Source: Microgenomates group bacterium (lineage in GTDB: Bacteria > Patescibacteriota > Microgenomatia > PFEM01 > JBNASD01). Taken from it: a DNA stretch of 64,000 bases. Position numbers and translations under genes: made by a program. Positions 16,780-27,037 of the stretch are shown one piece after another. The notes under the pieces were generated by a model. It was not told where the DNA came from. It saw only the letters and a program-made list of their open reading frames with translations, and did no database searches. Numbering within the stretch: the stretch's first letter is position 1; every line of letters begins with the position of its first letter. The stretch spans positions 164,733-228,732 of the forward strand of contig JBNASD010000001.1 of the NCBI GenBank assembly GCA_049720225.1. The letters are read 5' to 3'.

Positions 16780-17899
16780 TGAAGGTTTTTTCTACTAAAT
16801 CAGCAAGTCTTTTTCCGGCATCCAAAATAACTAATTTTTTAGCTTTAAAGGCATTTTTCTGGTAAGAATTAAGATTTTTAATCATTTTAAAAATTAAATC
16901 TAAAAGAATTTCCGGGGTTAGACTGCTTTGAGGTAAAATTTCGGCAATTCCTACCCGTTTAAGCATTTTAGCGTTTTTAGTTTGTTCATCTTGATAAAGC
17001 CAAGGAAGAGGAATCAAAATTGCCGGCTTTCCTAAAATTGCTAATTCTGCTACGGTATTTGCTCCCGAACGAGAAATTACCAAATCCGCTTTATTTAATA
17101 ATGTCCCCATTTCTAAAGGAGAAAGATAACGTTTATAATGAAAACTCTTTCTTAATTCTTTAGGAAGCGATTTTTTAATTTCTCCCAATTTTTTAATCAT
17201 TTCTTTATCCGCTAATTTTCCACATTGAAGAAAAATATTTACCTTTTCTAATAATTGGGGAATAATTTTAGTAATTGTTTGATTTATAATTTGAGAACCT
17301 TGATTGCCACCGGTAACAAAAATTAGAGGTTTATTTTCGGGATATTTTAACGACCGCCAAAAATTTTCTTCTACTAAAAAAATTTCTTTTCTTAAAGGAT
17401 TACCGGTTAAAACGGTTTTCTTTTTAGGAAAGTTTTTCTTAGTTTGTCGCCAGGAAATAGCAATTTTTTTAGCAAATAAAGAATTAAATTTAGTAGCTAA
17501 ACCCTTAACCGTTGTCTGTTCGTGAGTAATTACCGGAATTCTTAAAAGCCAACCGCCAAATACCACCGGAACACTTAAATATCCACCAAACGACAAAATA
17601 ATTCCTGGTTTAATTTTCCAAAGATAATATAAAGCTTGAAAAAAACCAATAGGAATTTTTAACCAAGAAATTACTGTATGCCAATTAAAAAATCGTCTTA
17701 CCCTTCCGGCGATTAAAGGATAAAAGGGAATTCCCCTTTGGGGAATTACTTCTGATTCAACCGAAGGAGTTTTACTTTCTTCAGAGGCATATTTTCTGCC
17801 AATAAAAAAAATTCGCCAACCTCTTTTTTCTAATTCTTCAATTACACTTAAAGCAGGCGTAAGATGACCACCGGTAATGACAATTTTTTTGTTATTCAT
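16766..17899 (-). CDS. murG: UDP-GlcNAc:undecaprenyl-PP-MurNAc-pentapeptide GlcNAc transferase MurG (GT28)
   Basis: N-terminal ITGGHLTPALSV motif; C-terminal …RSGANTVAELAILGKPAILIP; 377 aa. Confidence 0.85.
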   Translation of the reverse strand: MNNKKIVITGGHLTPALSVIEELEKRGWRIFFIGRKYASEESKTPSVESEVIPQRGIPFYPLIAGRVRRFFNWHTVISWLKIPIGFFQALYYLWKIKPGIILSFGGYLSVPVVFGGWLLRIPVITHEQTTVKGLATKFNSLFAKKIAISWRQTKKNFPKKKTVLTGNPLRKEIFLVEENFWRSLKYPENKPLIFVTGGNQGSQIINQTITKIIPQLLEKVNIFLQCGKLADKEMIKKLGEIKKSLPKELRKSFHYKRYLSPLEMGTLLNKADLVISRSGANTVAELAILGKPAILIPLPWLYQDEQTKNAKMLKRVGIAEILPQSSLTPEILLDLIFKMIKNLNSYQKNAFKAKKLVILDAGKRLADLVEKTFNEKN

Positions 17900-19017
17900 T
17901 TAATAACCTTTCTTTGTCGAGAAATATTAGCTAAAATCGCTAACGAAATTAAATTTAAAACCAATGACGATCCTCCATAAGAAATAAAAGGTAAAGGAAT
18001 TCCTGTTAACGGCAATAAGGCAGTCATCGATCCTAAGTTTATCAAAACTTGAAATCCTAATCCAAAAATAATTCCTCCTGCTAAAATTTGCGTGAATTTA
18101 TCGGGAGCATACTTGGCAATTTTTAATCCTCGCCAAATTAAAAATAAATAAATAAAAATTAAAAAAAGACTCCCTAAAAATCCTAATTCTTCGGCAATAA
18201 TAGCAAAAATTGAATCGGTGGTAACTGCCGGCACAAAAGAATATTTTTGGCGAGAATGACCTAAACCTAAACCAAAAATCCCTCCTGACCCAATGGCAAT
18301 CAAAATTTGTCGAATATGATAAGAAAATCCCAATGGATCTCGCTCTAAATTTAAAAAAGTCAAAAATCTTTCTTTTCGATAAGAAGAGCTAAAAATTAGT
18401 CCTAATCCTCCCAAAACTCCCCCTAAAACTAAAAGAATCATCTGCCATAAAGGTGCGCCCGCTAAAAAATAAATCACTAAAGCAGACGAAACCAAAGCGA
18501 CCGTTGTCCCTAAATCTGGTTCTAACAAAATTAAACCAGAAATTAATCCTAGAATGATAAAAAATGGAATTTTATTTCGCTGACTAGTTAAAAAAGCCGC
18601 TCCCCAAAGTAAAAAAGAAAATTTTGCTAATTCTGCTGGTTGAAAACGAACCGGACCAAAAAATAGCCACCTTTTTGCCCCCCAAACTTCTGTTCCTATT
18701 CCCGGAATTAAAACAATTACTAAAAAAAATAACGAAGCTAAAAGAAGAAAAAAAGAAATATTTTTTAAAAATTTTAAAGGTAAATGGTAAAAAATCAAAA
18801 ATAAAACCCCACCAATTAAAAACCAAATAAATTGGAGTTTTAAAAAATAAAATTTATCACCAAATTCTCTTAGGGCTTCGGCCGCAGAAACGTTACCAAT
18901 CATAAAAAGACCAAAAATCGCTAAAAAAATTCCTGTTCCCAAAAAAATCCAATCTGGTGAGGAATTTTGGGAACGCAAAACAACTTTTTTTCTTTTTTTT
19001 CTAAAGCGTGGAAACAT
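17896..19017 (-). CDS. ftsW: Lipid II flippase / peptidoglycan glycosyltransferase FtsW (SEDS)
   Basis: SEDS TM profile with conserved block FAIIAEELGFLGSLF and PLPFISYGGSSL; between murD and murG. Probable start at MFPRF (19017) rather than 19065. Confidence 0.8.
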   Translation of the reverse strand: MFPRFRKKRKKVVLRSQNSSPDWIFLGTGIFLAIFGLFMIGNVSAAEALREFGDKFYFLKLQFIWFLIGGVLFLIFYHLPLKFLKNISFFLLLASLFFLVIVLIPGIGTEVWGAKRWLFFGPVRFQPAELAKFSFLLWGAAFLTSQRNKIPFFIILGLISGLILLEPDLGTTVALVSSALVIYFLAGAPLWQMILLVLGGVLGGLGLIFSSSYRKERFLTFLNLERDPLGFSYHIRQILIAIGSGGIFGLGLGHSRQKYSFVPAVTTDSIFAIIAEELGFLGSLFLIFIYLFLIWRGLKIAKYAPDKFTQILAGGIIFGLGFQVLINLGSMTALLPLTGIPLPFISYGGSSLVLNLISLAILANISRQRKVIK

Positions 19018-20347
19018 AATTTTTAAATTGCCACCCCCGATCTTTATAATTTTTAAACATATCAAAAGAAGCGCAAGCAGGTGAAAGAAGAATAATATCT
19101 CCCTTTTTTGCTTCTTTAAAAGCTAAATTAACAATTTCCTTCATTGTTTTTGGACGAAAAATAATTTTTCCTTTAAATCCACCTTTTAAAAGAGCTTTTT
19201 TAATTTTTAAAGCAGTCAAACCAACCAAAATTACCGTTTTCACTAAAGAATTAGCGACTTCTTTTCCCAACTGAGAATAGTCTGAACCTTTTTCTGATCC
19301 CCCTAATATTAAAATTATCGGTGATTTAAAAGCTTTTATCGCCGCAATTGTTGTTTCGGGAGTAGTAGAAAAAGAATCATTATAAAATTTAACACCGTTT
19401 ATTTCTCTCACAAATTCTAAACGATGTTCTAATCCCTTAAAACCAAAAACCGCCGAAAAACTTTTAAAATTTACTCCCGCCAAATAACCAGCAGTAATCG
19501 CCGCACAAACATTTTCCCAGTTATGTTCTCCCAAAAGCTGAAGTTTTTCTGTTGAACCTATTAGTTTCTCAAAAAGATAAATTTTTTTATTTTTAATATA
19601 AGCACCTTTAACCTTTTTTTGCCGACTAAAATAAAAGACTTGCCCAGAGGTTAATTTAGCCAACGAACAAGAATTTTGATTATCCGCATTTATTACCGCA
19701 AAATCTTGTTTTGTTTGGTGACGAACGATATTTGATTTTGCCAAAAGATACTCCTCAAAAGAAGAATGATAGTCTAAATGTTCCGGAGCAATAAATAATA
19801 CTACCGCAATATGAGGACTTTTTTCTAAATCAATTAACTGAAAGCTAGAAAGTTCTAAAACTACCCAACTTTTTTTATCTAAATAAGGTAAAATTTTTAA
19901 AACTGGTTCACCAATATTTCCTCCTAAATAAACTTTTTTTCCATCTTTTTTTAAAATTTCATAAATTAAAGTAGAAGTAGTTCCTTTTCCTTTTGTTCCG
20001 GTAACTCCAATTATTTTTCCGGGGCAAAGATCAAAAAAAAGTTTAGTGGCGCTGGTAATTATTTTTCCTGCTTTTTTGGCTTCTTCAATTTCCGGTAAAG
20101 AAGGACGAAAGCCAGGCGAACGAAAGATAATATCAAAATCCATTAAACCTTTTTTCAAATAATTTTCTCCCAAAAAATAATTTTTAATCTTTAGTTTTTT
20201 AATTTTTTCTTTTATCTCTTGATCGTTTTTCTGATCAAAAACGGTAATTTCTTTTATCCCTTGATTAAGAAGAAATTGACAAACATCTTCTCCTTCAATC
20301 CCCAATCCCAAAATCGCAATTTTTTTTCCTTGAAAGTTAATCATCAA
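19001..20347 (-). CDS. murD: UDP-N-acetylmuramoylalanine--D-glutamate ligase MurD
   Basis: N-terminal KKIAILGLGIEG; P-loop GVTGTKGKGTTSTLI; Mur ligase C-terminal domain. Confidence 0.85.
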   Translation of the reverse strand: MMINFQGKKIAILGLGIEGEDVCQFLLNQGIKEITVFDQKNDQEIKEKIKKLKIKNYFLGENYLKKGLMDFDIIFRSPGFRPSLPEIEEAKKAGKIITSATKLFFDLCPGKIIGVTGTKGKGTTSTLIYEILKKDGKKVYLGGNIGEPVLKILPYLDKKSWVVLELSSFQLIDLEKSPHIAVVLFIAPEHLDYHSSFEEYLLAKSNIVRHQTKQDFAVINADNQNSCSLAKLTSGQVFYFSRQKKVKGAYIKNKKIYLFEKLIGSTEKLQLLGEHNWENVCAAITAGYLAGVNFKSFSAVFGFKGLEHRLEFVREINGVKFYNDSFSTTPETTIAAIKAFKSPIILILGGSEKGSDYSQLGKEVANSLVKTVILVGLTALKIKKALLKGGFKGKIIFRPKTMKEIVNLAFKEAKKGDIILLSPACASFDMFKNYKDRGWQFKNYVSTL

Positions 20348-20371
20348 AGTTTATTATAGCAGAGTTAAAAA

Positions 20372-21403
20372 CTACATTAGGGATAACCACAAACCAAAAA
20401 TTGCCAACATTACGCCTGCTAACCAAGCCCGAAAAACAATTTTTGGTTCTTCCCAACCCCGATATTGTAACCATAAATGAAAGGGAGCAACCGCAAAAAC
20501 TTTTCTTCCTAAAAATTTTTTCCCAAGCATTTGAATTAAGCTAGAAGTTACCTCAACAATAAATAGTCCGCCAATAACCACTAACCCCATAATTTTTCCC
20601 AAAAGAAGACCAACTACCGCCAAAGTAGCTCCAAAAGATAGTGCGCCTACATCCCCTAACCAAATTCGCGCGGGATAGATATTAAAATACAAAAAGGCAA
20701 TAATTCCTCCTAACCACAAAGCAAGAAAAACTGCTAAAGTGGTATCTAAAATTGAAGCAGAAATAACCCAAAAAGCAAAAAGGCAAATCATTAATAATCC
20801 ACAAGACAATCCATCCAATCCATCAGTAATGTTGAAAGCATTGGCAAAAGCAACAATTACAAAAGCAGCAAAAGGAATATAAAAAAGCCCTAAATAAATC
20901 GTTCCTAAAAAGGGAATATAAACAAAATTAATCCCCAAATTAAAATATAAAAGCCCAGCAATAATAAAAGCCAAAATCCATTGAATAATAAATTTATGTC
21001 TCATTCTTAACCCAAAAAAACCGCTTTGTTGAAAACCGAAAAATTTTTTCAAATCATCATAAAGCCCTAAAATCCCAAAAGAAATAAAAGTAAAAAATAA
21101 GATATTTAATTCTTCTTTAATTGGATAAACGGCGGTAACATATACACCCAAAAATTTCACTAAAGGAAAAAGAATAAAATACATTAAAGAAACAGTAAAA
21201 ATTATTAATAATCCTCCTCCGACTGGTGTGCCTGCTTTATGTTTATGAAGCTTGTTAAAAATCGGGGTGATCTTTCCTAAAAAATCTCTTGTTTTTTGTT
21301 CTTGGCGAAGAAATTTTAGTTTATATAAAAAATCAATAAAAGGAACAATTAAAATACTATGAATAATAAAGGAAAAAATTAAGATTCCTAAAAAAAGACT
21401 CAT
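20372..21403 (-). CDS. mraY: Phospho-N-acetylmuramoyl-pentapeptide transferase MraY
   Basis: NAFNITDGLDGLS motif; 10-TM profile; 343 aa. Confidence 0.9.
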   Translation of the reverse strand: MSLFLGILIFSFIIHSILIVPFIDFLYKLKFLRQEQKTRDFLGKITPIFNKLHKHKAGTPVGGGLLIIFTVSLMYFILFPLVKFLGVYVTAVYPIKEELNILFFTFISFGILGLYDDLKKFFGFQQSGFFGLRMRHKFIIQWILAFIIAGLLYFNLGINFVYIPFLGTIYLGLFYIPFAAFVIVAFANAFNITDGLDGLSCGLLMICLFAFWVISASILDTTLAVFLALWLGGIIAFLYFNIYPARIWLGDVGALSFGATLAVVGLLLGKIMGLVVIGGLFIVEVTSSLIQMLGKKFLGRKVFAVAPFHLWLQYRGWEEPKIVFRAWLAGVMLAIFGLWLSLM

Positions 21404-21418
21404 TTTTTTAATTTTATG

Positions 21419-22657
21419 TTATTTAAATCCCTTTTGTAAATAAGGACAATTTTGACATTGCCAATAAAAATGACAAGAAGTTACTCGGCAGCCTACTTTT
21501 TTCCCTTCAAGAATTAATAAAATTCTTTCAGTATGACGAAGTAAAGAACCCTTAAGATAGAATAAATCTCCCTTTTTTAAAATCTTTTTTAAAATCTCTC
21601 CTGCTTCTAAAACATCTTTTGCCCAAAAAAGTTGATTTTTATCTTTTCCTAATTTTTCTGCTTCTTTTACCGCTAATTTTTGTAAAGGCCCAATACCTAA
21701 AAAGTAGTCAATGTTTTTTAATTGAGCAATTTTTTTTCCAATCTCTCGATGTTCTTTTTCTGCCATTACTCCTAATTCTCCCATTTCTCCTAAAACCGCC
21801 ACTCTTTTTCCTTTAGTTGGTAATTCGCTTAAGGTTTCTAAACCTGCTTGGGTAGAAGCAGGGTTAGCTCTTAGATGATCGTCAATTAATATTGTTTCCA
21901 AAGGCCCTTTTTCAACGCTTAATCTTCCTTTTAGTGGTTTTAAATTTTTTAATCCTTTTTTAATTAACTCCCAATCTAATCCTACCAATCTTCCCACAAT
22001 TGCTCCTACCAAACACGCATGAACGAAATGTCTTCCTATTAAACCGGTGATAATTTTTATCCTTTCTTTTTGATGACATAAAGTAAATTCTGTTCCTGAA
22101 AAATTTACTTTTATATTTTCTGCCCAATAATCAGCTTTTGGAGAAGTTCCATACCAAATAACTTTCGCTTGAGTAACTTTCGCCATTGGCAAAACCCGAA
22201 TATCATCTTTATTCAAAATCGCCCATCCTGTTTTCGACAATGCTTTTAGAAGTTTGCTTTTTTCGCTTACAATTCCCTCCAATGAACCCAAAAGTTCCGG
22301 ATCCGAATGAGTAGGGTTAATACCAGTAATCACTCCAATATGAGGTTTAACCAATGATAAATGAAAATCCATCTCGTTTTTATGGTCAACACCATATTCT
22401 AAAACCAGATATCTATGTTTTGGTCTTAATTTCAAAATAGTAATCGGTAGATTATAAATAGTGTCTAAATTGATATCAGTTTGAAGAGTAGGTGCTTTTT
22501 GAGAAAGAACTTCGGTAATTGCCCGAGTGGTGTTCGTTTTTCCATAACTTCCGGTAATTCCAATAATAGTTAAATGAGGAAAAAATTTAAGCCAAGTTTT
22601 TGCTAAAATCCTTCTTGTAAAATGAAAAATTTGTTTCCAGTTTTTCTTTTTTTCCAT
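21419..22657 (-). CDS. murF: UDP-MurNAc-tripeptide--D-Ala-D-Ala ligase MurF
   Basis: P-loop IIGITGSYGKTNTTRAI; Mur ligase middle and C-terminal domains; short (412 aa). Confidence 0.75.
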   Translation of the reverse strand: MEKKKNWKQIFHFTRRILAKTWLKFFPHLTIIGITGSYGKTNTTRAITEVLSQKAPTLQTDINLDTIYNLPITILKLRPKHRYLVLEYGVDHKNEMDFHLSLVKPHIGVITGINPTHSDPELLGSLEGIVSEKSKLLKALSKTGWAILNKDDIRVLPMAKVTQAKVIWYGTSPKADYWAENIKVNFSGTEFTLCHQKERIKIITGLIGRHFVHACLVGAIVGRLVGLDWELIKKGLKNLKPLKGRLSVEKGPLETILIDDHLRANPASTQAGLETLSELPTKGKRVAVLGEMGELGVMAEKEHREIGKKIAQLKNIDYFLGIGPLQKLAVKEAEKLGKDKNQLFWAKDVLEAGEILKKILKKGDLFYLKGSLLRHTERILLILEGKKVGCRVTSCHFYWQCQNCPYLQKGFK

Positions 22658-22686
22658 AAAAAAATTCTATCATTTTTTTATTATTT

Positions 22687-23946
22687 TTATTCTACCCTTT
22701 TAATTTCCGCTCCTAATGATTTTAATCTTTCTTCGATTCTTTCATATCCTCTTTCAATTATTTCAATTTTACCAATTTCGCTTTTTCCTTCAGCGCACAA
22801 AGCAGCGCAAATTAAAGCCATTCCCGCGCGAATATCCGGACTTTCTAATTCTTTCCCTCGCAATTTCGTCGGTCCAGCCACTATTACTCGGTGAGGATCA
22901 CATAAAGTAATATTTGCTCCCATTGTAATTAATTTATCGACAAAAAACATCCGCGATTCATACATCCAATCATGACATAAACTTACTCCCTGTGCTTGAG
23001 TAGCTAAAACAATAAAAGGACTCATTAAATCGGTAGGAAAGCCCGGCCACGGACGAGTTTGAAATTTATTTAATGAAGGCTGAAGTTTTGAAGGATAAAC
23101 TTCCAAACTTTCCTTATTCAATTTGAACTTCATTCCTATCTTTTGAAAATAATAACTAATCATCGGAAAATCTTGAAACCTAATCCCTCTAATTTTTATT
23201 TCTCCTTGTGTAACCGCCCCAATAATGGCAAATGTTCCTGCATCAATGTAATCCGGACCAACTTTAAATGTCGCTCCGTGAAGTTTTTTTACTCCTTCGA
23301 TTTCAATTCGATTAGTTCCTAATCCTTTTATTTTTGCTCCCATTAAATTTAAAAATTCACCTAAATCTTGAATATGAGGTTCACATGCCGCATCTTCAAT
23401 AATTGTTTTTCCTGGAATTAAACTAGCCAAAAGCATCGCATTTTCAGTGGCAGTCACTGAAACTTCTGTTAAAAAAATTCTATTTGCTTTTGGTTTTTTT
23501 AATTCTGCTTCGTAATTTTCTTCTCCCACTAAAATTTTTGCCCCTAACTTTTCTAAAGCTTGAAAATGAATATCAACCGGTCTTCTTCCCACCATACATC
23601 CGCCGGGATGCCTTAAGAGTGCTTTTCTAAAACGCGCCAATAATGGCCCCAAAAGAAGAATTGAGGCTCTTAATTTGGAAACTAATAAAGGATTAAGATG
23701 GTATTTTTTCACCCCCCGACAATTAATTACTAATCGATTGGTTCCCAATCCCTCAATCTTTGCTCCCAAATCCTTCATTAATTCTCCTAAAACAATTACA
23801 TCACCTATTCGAGGAACGTTTTCTAATACACAATCTTCATCAGTTAAAAGACACGCCGCCATTAATGGCAAAACTGAATTTTTGTTTCCAGAAACCCAAA
23901 CTTCTCCTTTTAATTTTTTTCCTCCTTCAATAATAAATTTTGCCAT
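22687..23946 (-). CDS. murA: UDP-N-acetylglucosamine 1-carboxyvinyltransferase MurA (embedded in the dcw cluster)
   Basis: MAKFIIEGGKKLKGEVWVSGNKNSVLPLMAACLL N-terminus; EPSP-synthase fold; 419 aa. Confidence 0.9.
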   Translation of the reverse strand: MAKFIIEGGKKLKGEVWVSGNKNSVLPLMAACLLTDEDCVLENVPRIGDVIVLGELMKDLGAKIEGLGTNRLVINCRGVKKYHLNPLLVSKLRASILLLGPLLARFRKALLRHPGGCMVGRRPVDIHFQALEKLGAKILVGEENYEAELKKPKANRIFLTEVSVTATENAMLLASLIPGKTIIEDAACEPHIQDLGEFLNLMGAKIKGLGTNRIEIEGVKKLHGATFKVGPDYIDAGTFAIIGAVTQGEIKIRGIRFQDFPMISYYFQKIGMKFKLNKESLEVYPSKLQPSLNKFQTRPWPGFPTDLMSPFIVLATQAQGVSLCHDWMYESRMFFVDKLITMGANITLCDPHRVIVAGPTKLRGKELESPDIRAGMALICAALCAEGKSEIGKIEIIERGYERIEERLKSLGAEIKRVE

Positions 23947-23957
23947 CTGAAAATATT

Positions 23958-24872
23958 TTATCCTTCTTTTTTAAATTTAGCAAATCCTAAAAAACAAATT
24001 TCTTCTTTTAACTCTACACCAAATTTTTCTTTGATTTTTTCTTTAATTAAACCAATTAATTTTAAAACATCTTTTGCTTTTGCTTTACCTATATTAACAA
24101 TAAAATTGGCATGTTTTGGAGAAACTTGAGCATCACCAACACTTTTTCCCTTAAAACCAGCTTTATCGATGAGTTCTCCTGCTGCTAGTGGTTTAGGATT
24201 AATAAAAATACAACCAGCTGATGGCTCTTTTGGTTGTCCCTGACGACGACTTAAATATTCCTTCATCATTTCCTCAATTTTTTTAGCCTCACCCTTCTCA
24301 AGTTGAAACTCAACCGCTAAAATTATTTCTTCGCTTTTTTTAAATCGACTTTGCCGATAAGAAAACTCACATTCTTTTTTCTCTAACCATTTAATTTCTC
24401 CTTTTTTTGTTAAAACTTTTACTTTTTTAACTTTATCTCCAATTCCCATTCCCCAGGCTCCCGCATTTCCTCTCACTGCTCCACCCACTGTTCCCGGAAT
24501 ACCAATTAAAAATTCCAATCCCGCTAAAGAATGATCTTTTGCTTTCTTAAGAATGGTACTTAACTTTGTTCCTGCTCCAGCAATAATTTTTCTATCTTTA
24601 ATTTCTAATTGAGAATTGGCAATTTTTATTACCAGCCCCCGAAAACCTTCATCGGCCACTAAAAGATTTGAACCTCCTCCTAAAATAAAATAGGGAATTT
24701 TAAGTTTTTTTGCGATTAAAACCGCTTTAATTATCTCTTCTTCTGTTTTTGCTTCGTAAAATAAATCCGCCGGCCCCCCAATTTTAAAAGTGGTATGTAA
24801 AGAAAGCGGCTCTTTTTCTTTAACCCGCTTCTTGCCTAAGAATTTAATGATTTTAAGATATTTTTTCCCCAT
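23958..24872 (-). CDS. murB: UDP-N-acetylenolpyruvoylglucosamine reductase MurB
   Basis: FAD-binding FKIGGPADLF…ILGGGSNLL; 304 aa. Confidence 0.85.
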   Translation of the reverse strand: MGKKYLKIIKFLGKKRVKEKEPLSLHTTFKIGGPADLFYEAKTEEEIIKAVLIAKKLKIPYFILGGGSNLLVADEGFRGLVIKIANSQLEIKDRKIIAGAGTKLSTILKKAKDHSLAGLEFLIGIPGTVGGAVRGNAGAWGMGIGDKVKKVKVLTKKGEIKWLEKKECEFSYRQSRFKKSEEIILAVEFQLEKGEAKKIEEMMKEYLSRRQGQPKEPSAGCIFINPKPLAAGELIDKAGFKGKSVGDAQVSPKHANFIVNIGKAKAKDVLKLIGLIKEKIKEKFGVELKEEICFLGFAKFKKEG

Positions 24873-26260
24873 GAAAAAATACTCCCCGCTCCCAAAGTAA
24901 AAATAATATCATCTTTTTTAACCTCTTTCTTTAATAATTCTATCACTTCGGGTAATCCGGGACGAAAAAATACCGCCGGATGATTTTTGGCTACTTCTTG
25001 GGCTAATATTTTTCCAGTTATTCCTAAGTTATCTTTTTCTCTTGCTGAGGCATAAATTTCACTAATAATTACTAGTCCTGCCCCATTAAAACAACGACCA
25101 AATTCTTTTAATAAAGCCTTTGTGCGGCTATAAGTATGAGGTTGAAAAACCGTAATAATTCTTTTTTGAGGAAACCACTTTTTGGCAGTATCAATTACCT
25201 GTTTGATTTCTGAAGGATGATGAGCATAATCGTCGTAAACCATAACTCCTCTCCTTTCTCCAATAAACTCAAATCTTCTTTTTGTTCCTCGAAAATTTTT
25301 AAGGCCAACTTTTATTTCGTTTTCTCTCATTCCTAAAAAAATTCCCACCGCAAATCCAGCCGCACTATTCAAAATATTAAATCTTCCCGGAATTTTTATT
25401 TTTATTCCCCGAAACAAAATTCCTTTAAAAGAAAGATCAAAAAATGTTTCTCCATTTCTTAAAGTAAAATTTTCAATCCGCCAATCTGCCTGAGGAGAAA
25501 AACCATAGGTTTGTAAAACGGGTTTAAATTTTTTGGCTACCACTAAAGTATTAGGATTATCAGCACAAGCTAAAAGCAAACCATCTTTAGGAATTTTTTC
25601 AAAAAAAGAAGCAAAGGCTTCTTTGGTTTTTTCAAAGTTTGGGTAAATATCTGGATGATCATATTCGATATTAGTAACAACAATTATTTTGGGATTTTGA
25701 AAAATAAATCTTGGTCGATTATCTACTCCTGGTGAATTGGCATACTCATCCGCTTCCACCACAAATTCTTTTCCTTCATCCCACTTTCCTGGAAAACCTA
25801 AGGGTTTAATCCCAGCAACACCAATCGCGTAACTTGGCTTTCTTTTTCCAAAACTTAAAATATTGGCAATTATTGAGGAAGTGGTAGTTTTTCCTCCCAC
25901 TCCGCAAACAGAGATACCTAATTTACTCTCCATTAGCTTTCCTAAAGCCTCAGCGTGAGTCAAAACGGAAATTTTTAATTTTTTAGCAATTATTACCTCC
26001 GGATTATTTAATCCCCCATGAGCGCCGGTGGTAATTAATAAATCAGGTTTCGGTTTTAGATTTTCTTCTTTAAATCCTATTTTCCAGCTAATTTTTCTTT
26101 TTTTTAAAACCTCATCAGTTACAAATTTTTCCTCAACATCAGAACCGCTAATTTTAATTCCTATATCTTGTAAACAGCAAGCTAAGGCAATCATTCCCAC
26201 CCCTTTAATTCCGGTAAAGTGAACCCGTTTGATATTTTTTAAAAAAACTGGTTTTTCCAT
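24836..26260 (-). CDS. murC: UDP-N-acetylmuramate--L-alanine ligase MurC
   Basis: HFTGIKGVGMIALA N-terminal motif; P-loop GVGGKTTTSSIIA; 474 aa. Confidence 0.85.
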   Translation of the reverse strand: MEKPVFLKNIKRVHFTGIKGVGMIALACCLQDIGIKISGSDVEEKFVTDEVLKKRKISWKIGFKEENLKPKPDLLITTGAHGGLNNPEVIIAKKLKISVLTHAEALGKLMESKLGISVCGVGGKTTTSSIIANILSFGKRKPSYAIGVAGIKPLGFPGKWDEGKEFVVEADEYANSPGVDNRPRFIFQNPKIIVVTNIEYDHPDIYPNFEKTKEAFASFFEKIPKDGLLLACADNPNTLVVAKKFKPVLQTYGFSPQADWRIENFTLRNGETFFDLSFKGILFRGIKIKIPGRFNILNSAAGFAVGIFLGMRENEIKVGLKNFRGTKRRFEFIGERRGVMVYDDYAHHPSEIKQVIDTAKKWFPQKRIITVFQPHTYSRTKALLKEFGRCFNGAGLVIISEIYASAREKDNLGITGKILAQEVAKNHPAVFFRPGLPEVIELLKKEVKKDDIIFTLGAGSIFSWGKNILKSLNS

Positions 26261-26314
26261 TGCTTTAATTAATTAAATTAAAAAATTTATTTAATTAAAC
26301 TAATCAAAATTTTT

Positions 26315-27037
26315 TCAAACTTTTAAACCAATAATTGACAAAATTTCTCCATAATCTTTTTGATTGTCTTTTCTATATGAAAAAAATTCTTGATAATTAC
26401 AAGAAGTACACATTCCAGAACTAAAAATATTTTTTTCCCAAATTCCACTATGAATTAACTGAATTTTGGTAGGAAGGAATAAATTTAAATATTTTTCTTC
26501 AAGTACCATCCCTTTTATTTTCCCGAATTCATTAATAAATTGATCAATTCGATTTTTATCAACAGAATAACATTTTTGACAAATATGAGGACCAATGGCG
26601 ACTAAAATATTTTGAGGAATTCCTCCTAAACGAATTATTTGATCAACCATTTTTTGCGGTAATCTTTTTAACACTCCTCGCCAACCAGCATGAGCTACGC
26701 CAATAATTTTTCTTTCGGGCTCAAAATAAAGCAAGGGCAAGCAATCCGCTGTTCTTACCCCAAGAATTAAATTCCACTCCTGGGTAATTAAACCATCTAC
26801 TCCCGAAATGATTTTTCCTTTATCTTTTTCTTTTACCACTTTTATTTTTGAACCATGAACTTGTTCCGCTAAAATCAAGCTTTTTTCTTCTCCATCCAAA
26901 AGTTTAATAAATTTTTTCCTGGCTTCTTTTTCTAAACCACAATTCCCCAAATTGCGGGAAGAAATCCCATGAATTAAAAAGGGAAATTTTTTTAATTCTT
27001 CAAACTGATAAATTCCTTTTTTGTTTTTAAGAAACAT
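26315..27037 (-). CDS. pgeF: YfiH/PgeF-family (DUF152, Cu-oxidase_4) purine nucleoside phosphorylase / peptidoglycan editing factor
   Basis: …AEQVHGSKIKVV…DGLITQEWNLILGVRTADCLPLLYF…GVAHAGWRGV, conserved His/Cys/His triad context; 240 aa; between murE and murC. Confidence 0.75.
   Translation of the reverse strand: MFLKNKKGIYQFEELKKFPFLIHGISSRNLGNCGLEKEARKKFIKLLDGEEKSLILAEQVHGSKIKVVKEKDKGKIISGVDGLITQEWNLILGVRTADCLPLLYFEPERKIIGVAHAGWRGVLKRLPQKMVDQIIRLGGIPQNILVAIGPHICQKCYSVDKNRIDQFINEFGKIKGMVLEEKYLNLFLPTKIQLIHSGIWEKNIFSSGMCTSCNYQEFFSYRKDNQKDYGEILSIIGLKV

Noticed and set aside
17304-18830. ORFs 17304..17525(+), 18584..18826(-), 18624..18830(+) within murG and ftsW
   Set aside because: Overlapping alternative-frame or antisense ORFs with no motifs inside well-supported genes.
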